Below, piece after piece: positions 57,325-64,000 of a stretch of 64,000 bases of DNA. The stretch is from NCBI GenBank assembly GCA_051745505.1, contig JBNJEC010000001.1:1324-65323 (forward strand), in the 5' to 3' direction. Within the stretch, counting starts at the first letter, position 1; each line of letters starts with the position of its first letter. The translations under genes were made by a program, and so were the position numbers. This DNA comes from Bacillota bacterium. GTDB taxonomy: Bacteria > Bacillota_I > Bacilli_A > Izemoplasmatales > Izemoplasmataceae. The notes under the pieces are model-generated. The model worked only from the letters and a program-made list of their open reading frames with translations, was not told the DNA's origin and ran no database searches.

Positions 57325-58330
57325 ATCAAGAAACTTTCTTACACTGCTCGACTATTCGAGTGAAGAAATCACCTATCTTCTCGATCTTTCAAAACAACTC
57401 AAGGATGAAAAGAAATCCGGAATTGACCATCAGCACCTAAAAGGAAAAAATGTGGTTTTGCTTTTTCAAAAAGATTCAACAAGAACCCGTTGTGCATTTG
57501 AGGCGGGGGCCTATGACCTTGGAATGGGCGTCACTTATCTTGGGCCCTCAGGCTCGCAAATGGGGAAAAAAGAATCCATCAAGGATACCGCCAGGGTTCT
57601 TGGAAGAATGTTTGACGGAATCCAGTTCAGAGGCTATCTCCACGAAGATGTGGTGGCACTTGGTGATTTTTCAGGTGTCCCAGTTTGGAACGGTCTCACA
57701 GATTTGTATCACCCGACACAGATTCTTGCGGACTTTCTGACCATCAAAGAACAGTTCGGTCGTCTAGAAGGCATCAATTTCAGTTTTGTGGGGGACGCCC
57801 GCAACAACATGGGCAACAGTCTCATGATTGGGGCAGCGAAGATGGGTATGAATTTCAAGGCCGTGGCGCCAAAGGAATTGTGGCCAGACCCTTCACTTGT
57901 GGAAAAGTGCAAAGCCTTTGCAAAGGAATCAGGCGGCAGCATCACCCTTGAAGAAGACAAATGGAAAGGCACCAAGGATGCGGACGTGGTTTATACGGAC
58001 GTATGGGTATCAATGGGAGAGTCCAAGGAAACCTGGAGAAACAGAATTGAACAGCTTCATGCCTATCAAGTGAATGACGAAATCATGGAAAACGCATCTG
58101 ATGAAGCGATATTCATGCACTGTCTTCCGGCATTTCACGGTACAGATACAGAAGTCGGCATGGAAATCGCAACGACGTTTAAAAATGATTTTCCTGTCAT
58201 TCAAAATGGAGAACTTGAAGCCACCGATTCAGTGATTGAATCGAATCAAAGTGTCGTCTTTGATGAGGCGGAAAACCGTATGCATACCATCAAGGCCGTC
58301 ATGCTCGCAACTATGAAAAACATTGACTGA
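57314..58330 (+). CDS. arcB: Ornithine carbamoyltransferase
   Basis: STRTRCAFE, HPTQ and HCLPAFH motifs. Overlaps arcA by 11 nt. Confidence 0.93.
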   Translation: MNLKSRNFLTLLDYSSEEITYLLDLSKQLKDEKKSGIDHQHLKGKNVVLLFQKDSTRTRCAFEAGAYDLGMGVTYLGPSGSQMGKKESIKDTARVLGRMFDGIQFRGYLHEDVVALGDFSGVPVWNGLTDLYHPTQILADFLTIKEQFGRLEGINFSFVGDARNNMGNSLMIGAAKMGMNFKAVAPKELWPDPSLVEKCKAFAKESGGSITLEEDKWKGTKDADVVYTDVWVSMGESKETWRNRIEQLHAYQVNDEIMENASDEAIFMHCLPAFHGTDTEVGMEIATTFKNDFPVIQNGELEATDSVIESNQSVVFDEAENRMHTIKAVMLATMKNID

Positions 58331-58358
58331 ATCTGCGCCTCTAAGGAGGCACGATTCA

Positions 58359-58387
58359 TTGTAAGATTCTTGTAAAAGCACTATAAT
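58359..58387 (+). promoter_or_regulatory. Near-consensus promoter for the membrane-protein / HD-protein pair
   Basis: TTGTAA, 17-nt spacer, TATAAT. Confidence 0.65.
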
Positions 58388-58418
58388 GAATATGACAAGT
58401 GATGAAAGGAGGACGTTT

Positions 58419-59294
58419 ATGACCTTCGTACTCATGTTTTTTACCTATGCTTTTTTAGGCTGGATTCTCGAAGTTGTTTTTTACCTATACAAACATCATA
58501 AGTTTGTGAACAGAGGGTTTGTAAACGGACCTCTGGTACCAATCTATGGGTTGAGTGCCCTGTCTCTTCACTTGCTTGTCATTCGATTGTTTGATGCAGA
58601 CTTTTCTTCTTTCAATCCTTTGCGTTTAATCATAGTCTTTGTACTTATAAGTCTGGTTACTTCCCTTCTTGAACTTGTTGGAGGGGCGCTTTTATATCGC
58701 TTTTTCAAAGCGCGGTGGTGGGATTACTCAAAGGAACGATTCAACTACAAAGGCTTTGTTTCACTAAAGTATTCCCTGATTTGGGGAGTAATGGGAACTA
58801 TTCTTTTCACCTTCGTGCACGTCCCTTATATCTATCCCTATCTTGACGCACTCTCCCCCACTTATAAAAGAGTCGCAACGTATTTTCTTGGGTCATATTT
58901 AATAGTGGATATGACACTCACCATATTCATGCTTTTCGATTTCAAGACAAGAATCATTTTGCTCAAGAGCCGTTTGGAAATGCTGCTTGTCAACACTGAG
59001 ACCTATATGGATGCCGCAAAGACTTCTCAGATCACCAATGCAAAGAAAACCTTGAGGTCAGCCCTCTATGCTCTTAAAAACAACCGTCCCATGGGCGAAG
59101 TGCGAGAACGTCTTGATGCACTGAAACGATACTTTGCCGTCGACTCCGATGAAAAGGCAAAACAAGAGTACGGAAAAATAAGGTCTCTTCTCGTCAAACT
59201 TTCAACCAGTCACTTGACCAAGGGGTTTCCGAATTTGAAAATCAATCTAAAAGATAACGAAAAAAAAGACAAGAAGGCATCCGATGATGAATGA
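58419..59294 (+). CDS. Polytopic membrane protein (resembles the putative ABC-transporter type IV / DUF1113 family) with a coiled C-terminal tail
   Basis: FTYAFLGWILEVVFY...VNGPLVPIYG N-terminal motifs. ATG 58419 follows AAAGGAGG; the track start at 58386 was rejected. Confidence 0.55.
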   Translation: MTFVLMFFTYAFLGWILEVVFYLYKHHKFVNRGFVNGPLVPIYGLSALSLHLLVIRLFDADFSSFNPLRLIIVFVLISLVTSLLELVGGALLYRFFKARWWDYSKERFNYKGFVSLKYSLIWGVMGTILFTFVHVPYIYPYLDALSPTYKRVATYFLGSYLIVDMTLTIFMLFDFKTRIILLKSRLEMLLVNTETYMDAAKTSQITNAKKTLRSALYALKNNRPMGEVRERLDALKRYFAVDSDEKAKQEYGKIRSLLVKLSTSHLTKGFPNLKINLKDNEKKDKKASDDE

Positions 59295-59808
59295 TTTTGA
59301 AGTGTTTTTTGATTATGGCAAGGATATTATCCTGCATGAGACCTTTCAGAGTCAGAAAGCCTACGTTCAACACGGAAGCATCAGCGTTTACGACCACGCC
59401 ATCAGTGTTGCCTACAAAGCGTTTACCATGTGCAAGAAAAGAAAGTGCGATACCCGTACTGTTGTAAGGGCTGCGCTTTTGCATGACTTCTTTCTTTATG
59501 ACTGGCATCTTGAGGGCAAAAGAAAACGAAAACGCGGTTTCAACAAACATGGATTTACCCATGCAAGAAAGGCTCTTGAAAACGCAGAAACATTGTTTGA
59601 TCTTTCGAAAAAGGAAAAAGACGCCATATTGAGACACATGTTTCCGCTAAACCTGAGACCTCCGAAATACAGAGAAAGCTGGATTGTCCATCTGGCTGAT
59701 GATCTGGTGAGCATCAAGGAATCATTCACTAAAAAATTAAAAAAAGGACGCACCATTCACGAATATATCGAAACCAGGATTGAAGAACTCAGGCTCAAAG
59801 AAGAATGA
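59284..59808 (+). CDS. HD-domain phosphohydrolase
   Basis: HAISVA...ALLHDFFLYDWH...HARKA...RHMFP pattern. Overlaps the upstream gene by 11 nt. Confidence 0.65.
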   Translation: MMNDFEVFFDYGKDIILHETFQSQKAYVQHGSISVYDHAISVAYKAFTMCKKRKCDTRTVVRAALLHDFFLYDWHLEGKRKRKRGFNKHGFTHARKALENAETLFDLSKKEKDAILRHMFPLNLRPPKYRESWIVHLADDLVSIKESFTKKLKKGRTIHEYIETRIEELRLKEE

Positions 59809-59955
59809 GTCAACATTTTTCTCCCACGTGTGCGCGTTATAAATTATAGAAAGTTATCAAAGAATTAATCGCTTATCCAAAGCCTAAAAAAGGGTCTCCT
59901 CCATTATAATTATGGAGGGGACTTTAAACTATTTTGAATTATTTATACAAATGCC

Positions 59956-60126
59956 TTGAAATAACAATAAGCGTTTGTTATCATACTAAAGACTTTTAAG
60001 AAGTCGGCTGTGAAGTGGGAGGTTGTTGACACGCCTATAGGCGTTGTCTTGATGCCTGTGACGCGTAGTCAAGGAATTTCCATGGAGCAAGTCTATACAT
60101 TGATGTAGGCGAAAGGAGGAACAAGA
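59956..60126 (+). promoter_or_regulatory. S10-operon promoter and a ~135-nt structured leader
   Basis: TTGAAA (59956-59961), 17-nt spacer, TATCAT (59979-59984). Leader hairpins at 59991-60005, 60028-60048 and 60055-60074. AAAGGAGG RBS upstream of rpsJ. Confidence 0.55.
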
Positions 60127-60432
60127 ATGGCAAACCAAAACATTCGTATTCGGTTGAAATCTTACGATCACAGATTGTTGGATCAATCAGCCAAGAAAAT
60201 TGTTGATACGGTGAAAAAGACTGGTTCAAAGATTTCCGGTCCGATTCCGTTGCCAACTGAAAAAGAGGTGTTTACAATTCTGCGCAGTGTTCACGTAAAC
60301 AAGAAATCTCGTGAACAATTCGAGCGTCGTACACACAAACGCCTTATCGATATTGTGGATCCGAATCCGCAAACCATCGACAGTCTCATGCACTTGGATT
60401 TACCATCCGGTGTAGATATCATTTTGAAATAA
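60127..60432 (+). CDS. rpsJ: 30S ribosomal protein S10
   Basis: [19 protein letters not shown]... typical S10. Confidence 0.98.
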   Translation: MANQNIRIRLKSYDHRLLDQSAKKIVDTVKKTGSKISGPIPLPTEKEVFTILRSVHVNKKSREQFERRTHKRLIDIVDPNPQTIDSLMHLDLPSGVDIILK

Positions 60433-60458
60433 CTTAAAAATTATCAGGAGGTGTACTC

Positions 60459-61151
60459 ATGGCCAAAGGTATCTTAGGAACAAAAGAAGGTATGACACAA
60501 ATTTTCGACGAGGCAGGCAATCTTGTCCCAGTAACAGTCGTTAGTTGTGAACCGAACGTTGTTCTCCAGAAAAAAACCGTCGAAAACGACGGGTATCAAG
60601 CGCTACAACTTGGATTCAAGGACAAGCGCCAAAAAAGCTCCAACAAGTCCGAACAAGGACATGCCGCTAAATCGAACAGTAACCCTAAGCGCTACGTTAG
60701 AGAAATCGCCGGAAAAACCATGGCGAATTTCGAAGTAGGTCAAGAGATTAAAGTCAATATATTTGAAACTGGCGAAATCGTTGACGTTACAGGAACTTCA
60801 AAAGGTAAAGGGTTCCAAGGTTCGATCAAACGACACAATCAAGGACGCGGTCCAATGTCTCACGGCTCTCACTATCACAGAAGCCCTGGTTCAATGGGAA
60901 CCATCGCGCCAAACCATGTACTGAAAGGTAAGAAACTTCCAGGACACATGGGACATGAAACAGTCACGATTCAAAACCTTACAATCGTGAAAGTCGATCC
61001 GGAACGCAATCTTCTCCTTGTTAAAGGAAACGTTCCAGGACCGAAAAAAGGATTGGTAGTCGTACGTCGTGGTGTCAAAGCCCCAGCGATCGATCCCCTT
61101 GATCCCGCACAATTCGAAAATCAAAGCAGCTCAGAAGAGTCTGCGGAATAG
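60459..61151 (+). CDS. rplC: 50S ribosomal protein L3, with a short acidic C-terminal extension
   Basis: [18 protein letters not shown]... typical L3. Confidence 0.98.
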   Translation: MAKGILGTKEGMTQIFDEAGNLVPVTVVSCEPNVVLQKKTVENDGYQALQLGFKDKRQKSSNKSEQGHAAKSNSNPKRYVREIAGKTMANFEVGQEIKVNIFETGEIVDVTGTSKGKGFQGSIKRHNQGRGPMSHGSHYHRSPGSMGTIAPNHVLKGKKLPGHMGHETVTIQNLTIVKVDPERNLLLVKGNVPGPKKGLVVVRRGVKAPAIDPLDPAQFENQSSSEESAE

Positions 61152-61172
61152 TACCCGAAAGGAGGACTTGGA

Positions 61173-61796
61173 ATGCCAAAAGTCACAGTGTTGAATCAAA
61201 CTGGTAACAATGTCGAAGAACTCGACATGGAAAATACAGTTTTTGGAATCGAACCCAACGAAGAAGCATTATACAGCGTAGTCAAAGCCCAGCGCGCAGC
61301 CATGCGTCAGGGCACACACAAAAGCAAAACCCGCAGTGAAGTACGCGGGGGCGGACGCAAACCATGGCGTCAAAAAGGAACGGGCCGTGCCCGTCAAGGG
61401 TCTATCCGTTCACCTCAATGGGTTGGCGGAGGCGTAGTTTTCGGTCCATCACCGAGAGACTACACTTTAAGAGTTAACCGCAAAGTCAGAAGACTTGCGC
61501 TTAAATCTGCCCTTTCACTCAAGGTCCGCGATGAAAAATTCTTGGTTTTGGACTCAATCAACCTTGAATCTGTCAAAACCAAAAACATGGTAGAGGTTCT
61601 CAACAACCTTTCCGTTGAAGGTAAGACACTCATCGTACTTAGCGAACCTGTCGCTGACATCGAACGTGCAGCGAGAAACATCCCGGGTGTTCAAGTGAAG
61701 ACTGTTTCAAATACAAGTGTATACGATATTCTTGCAAATGAAACAATCGTCACAACTCAGGATGCCGTCAAATCTTATGAGGAGGTGCTTGCATAA
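61173..61796 (+). CDS. rplD: 50S ribosomal protein L4
   Basis: GGGRKPWRQKGTGRARQGS motif. Confidence 0.98.
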   Translation: MPKVTVLNQTGNNVEELDMENTVFGIEPNEEALYSVVKAQRAAMRQGTHKSKTRSEVRGGGRKPWRQKGTGRARQGSIRSPQWVGGGVVFGPSPRDYTLRVNRKVRRLALKSALSLKVRDEKFLVLDSINLESVKTKNMVEVLNNLSVEGKTLIVLSEPVADIERAARNIPGVQVKTVSNTSVYDILANETIVTTQDAVKSYEEVLA

Positions 61797-62080
61797 TGTT
61801 GGCTTCAGAAATCATTAAGCGCCCAATCATCACAGAAAAAAGCATGCAGCTCGTGGAAGACCAGAACAAATATACGTTCTCAGTCGATCCTCGCGCCAAT
61901 AAAATTCAAATCAAAAATGCTGTAGAGAAACTGTTTGACGTTAAGGTCTTGAACGTTAACGTTCTAAACGGTCCACGCAAGAAACGCCGCGTTGGCCAGC
62001 ACGAAGGCTACAAAGCCAAAGTGAGCAAGGCCATCGTAGAACTTGCCAAAGACAACAGTATTGAAATTTTCTCAGCGTAA
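61796..62080 (+). CDS. rplW: 50S ribosomal protein L23
   Basis: IKRPIITEKS motif. TAATG overlap with rplD. Confidence 0.97.
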   Translation: MLASEIIKRPIITEKSMQLVEDQNKYTFSVDPRANKIQIKNAVEKLFDVKVLNVNVLNGPRKKRRVGQHEGYKAKVSKAIVELAKDNSIEIFSA

Positions 62081-62108
62081 CTAATCAGCGAAAAAGGAGG
62101 TTAGCGAA

Positions 62109-62939
62109 ATGGCTTTAAAGAAATTAAAAGCAACAACAAACGGTACTAGACACATGACACGTCTTGACAACGCGGAAATCACTACGCATTCTCCTGAACG
62201 TTCACTCCTGGTCAAGCTTCCTAAGCAATCAGGCCGCAACAATACAGGTAGAATGACTGTCCGTCACCATGGCGGAGGCGCAAAACGCAAATACCGTCTT
62301 ATCGACTTCAAACGCGACAAAGACGGCATTGAAGGACGCGTTAAAACCATTGAATACGATCCAAACCGTAGCGCAAACATCGCTTTGGTCCACTATTTGG
62401 ACGGTGATAAGCGTTATATTCTAGCTCCGAAGAAACTCTCTGTTGGAGATAAAATCCTCTCAGGAAGCGAAGCCGATATCAAAGTCGGAAACGCGAAACT
62501 GCTCAAGGAAATTCCAGTAGGTACCATCATTCACAACATCGAGCTCAGTCCTAAAAAAGGTGCTCAACTGGTTCGCTCAGCAGGAACTCGCGCTCAGATT
62601 CTTGGACGCGAAGACAAGTACGTCCTTGTCAAACTCGCTTCTGGTGAGGTTCGCAAGATTCTAGGCACTTGCCGTGCAACCATTGGTCAAGTCGGAAACG
62701 AAGACTACGAACTCGTCAACTATGGTAAAGCGGGAAGAAACCGTCATCGCGGTATCCGCCCAACCGTCCGTGGTTCAGTTATGAACCCAACCGATCACCC
62801 TCATGGTGGTGGGGAAGGCCGTCAGCCTATCGGACTCAAAAGCCCTGTATCCCCATGGGGTAAACCGACGCTTGGTCTCAAAACCCGTCGTAAGAAAAAA
62901 TCCAGCAGTCGTCTAATTGTTAGACGCAAGAAAAAATAG
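62109..62939 (+). CDS. rplB: 50S ribosomal protein L2
   Basis: [17 protein letters not shown] motif. Confidence 0.98.
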   Translation: MALKKLKATTNGTRHMTRLDNAEITTHSPERSLLVKLPKQSGRNNTGRMTVRHHGGGAKRKYRLIDFKRDKDGIEGRVKTIEYDPNRSANIALVHYLDGDKRYILAPKKLSVGDKILSGSEADIKVGNAKLLKEIPVGTIIHNIELSPKKGAQLVRSAGTRAQILGREDKYVLVKLASGEVRKILGTCRATIGQVGNEDYELVNYGKAGRNRHRGIRPTVRGSVMNPTDHPHGGGEGRQPIGLKSPVSPWGKPTLGLKTRRKKKSSSRLIVRRKKK

Positions 62940-62954
62940 AAAGGAGGAACTCAT

Positions 62955-63233
62955 ATGGCACGTTCAATCAAAAAAGGCCCGTTTTGCGACGAGCATTTAA
63001 TGAACAAAGTTGAAAAACTGAACCAAGACAACAAAAAGAAAGTGATTCAAACGTGGTCCCGACGTTCGACCATCTTCCCACAATTCGTTGGACACACCAT
63101 CGCCGTTTACAACGGTAGAGAACACATTCCTGTATATGTCACTGAAGACATGGTCGGTCATAAACTTGGAGAGTTCGCTCCTACAAGGACTTTCCGCGGA
63201 CACGAAAAAGACAAGAAAGCAATCAGGAAGTAG
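62955..63233 (+). CDS. rpsS: 30S ribosomal protein S19
   Basis: [10 protein letters not shown]... and [25 protein letters not shown]. Confidence 0.98.
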   Translation: MARSIKKGPFCDEHLMNKVEKLNQDNKKKVIQTWSRRSTIFPQFVGHTIAVYNGREHIPVYVTEDMVGHKLGEFAPTRTFRGHEKDKKAIRK

Positions 63234-63244
63234 AGGTGGATATC

Positions 63245-63580
63245 ATGGAAGCCAAAGCACAAGTTAAAACAGTACGCATTGCTTCACGCAAAGTACAGCT
63301 GGTTATTGATTTAGTCAGAGGGAAAGACGTCGGAGAAGCATTGGCGATCTTGCAACATACACCAAAAGCTGCTGCACCGGTGGTTGAAAAACTTTTGAAA
63401 AGTGCGGTAGCCAATGCTGAACACAACTACAACATGGATACAGAAAATCTGTATATCAAAGAAATCTACGTTGGAGAAGGACCTACACTGAAACGTATTC
63501 GTCCTCGTGCCCAAGGTAGCGCAACACAAATCTTGAAAAGAACCAGCCACACGACCATCGTCGTGGCTGAAAAAGAGTAA
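63245..63580 (+). CDS. rplV: 50S ribosomal protein L22
   Basis: [30 protein letters not shown] 63245 follows GAGGTGGA; the track start at 63236 is a GTG. Confidence 0.96.
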   Translation: MEAKAQVKTVRIASRKVQLVIDLVRGKDVGEALAILQHTPKAAAPVVEKLLKSAVANAEHNYNMDTENLYIKEIYVGEGPTLKRIRPRAQGSATQILKRTSHTTIVVAEKE

Positions 63581-63593
63581 AGGAGGGAATCTT

Positions 63594-64000
63594 ATGGGTC
63601 AGAAAGTCAATCCAGTAGGATTACGAGTTGGCATCATCAAAGACTGGGATTCTCGTTGGTACGCGGATAAGAACGATGTCGCCGATCTTCTCCATGAAGA
63701 CATCAGGATTCGCGAAATGTTAGAGGAACTCTATGAAAACTCTGCGGTTTCCAAAGTGGAAATCGAACGTTTGAAAAATAGAATAGTCATTACGGTAAAC
63801 ACCGCCAAACCAGGTATGGTTATCGGTCGTGAAGGTTCTGTTAAGAAAGCTGTAGTTGCAAAACTGAAAGAACTTACAGACAAGCAAATCATTCTCAATG
63901 TGGTTGAAGTCAAAAAACCAGAATTGAATGCTAAACTTGTTGCAGACAGTATTGCAAGTCAGCTTGAAAACCGTGCGTCATTCAGACGTGTACAGAAAAT
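63594..64000 (+). CDS. rpsC: 30S ribosomal protein S3 (3' end lies off-window)
   Basis: ATG after AAGGAGGG; [24 protein letters not shown]. The frame is open to the window edge, so it is absent from the ORF track. Confidence 0.95.
   Translation, partial: MGQKVNPVGLRVGIIKDWDSRWYADKNDVADLLHEDIRIREMLEELYENSAVSKVEIERLKNRIVITVNTAKPGMVIGREGSVKKAVVAKLKELTDKQIILNVVEVKKPELNAKLVADSIASQLENRASFRRVQK

Overview
This is a chromosomal window of mostly core genes from a low-GC Gram-positive-type genome (Bacillota or a wall-less relative). It uses the standard genetic code: TGA acts as a stop, and many adjacent genes overlap at ATGA, TAATG or GTGA. I call about 75 protein-coding genes, one array of 14 tRNA genes with no adjacent rRNA, and a short-form SRP RNA directly after tadA.

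Left to right on the + strand:
- The 3' part of a large surface protein with OB-fold-like modules, a thermonuclease lipoprotein, two tandem DHH (NrnA-like) phosphoesterases and a Na/Pi cotransporter.
- pyrG, with a Bacillus-type reiterative-transcription attenuator, converging on hpt.
- A DUF1934-like gene with rpoE, then tldD-pmbA, then fba, a hypothetical gene and cysE.
- A MaoC hydratase, acyl-CoA dehydrogenase and etfBA operon.

Next comes a minus-strand block of cysK, lysS, a ZnuA-like lipoprotein, an S4-domain gene, ftsH and tilS. After it come maf and a stand-alone LytTR regulator paired with a membrane-anchored beta-propeller protein. A four-gene minus-strand operon follows (fumarase alpha, fumarase beta, malic enzyme, aspA), with ATGA overlaps at all three junctions.

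The + strand then carries rpmE, tdk-tadA-SRP RNA, a Cof phosphatase and mnmG-rsmG. Two paralogous membrane proteins of unknown function follow, then parA-parB-mscS-DUF951-mazG and the tRNA array. Beyond the array lies an A+T-rich islet with a PD-(D/E)XK-like orphan gene and a surE-Nudix pair. A 10-gene cluster joins oxidative ornithine degradation (ord-ortAB-oraSE-glmL-like-orr) to alr and arcA-arcB. The window ends with the start of the S10 ribosomal protein operon.

I saw no CRISPR array, transposase, integrase or rRNA. The best candidates for something undescribed are:
- the LytTR plus beta-propeller pair;
- the two membrane paralogues sitting in the slot noc occupies in Bacillus;
- the PD-(D/E)XK-like orphan next to the tRNA array;
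- the fused arginine/ornithine/D-alanine catabolic cluster.

All functional calls rest on reading motifs by eye and on gene context. No database search was run.
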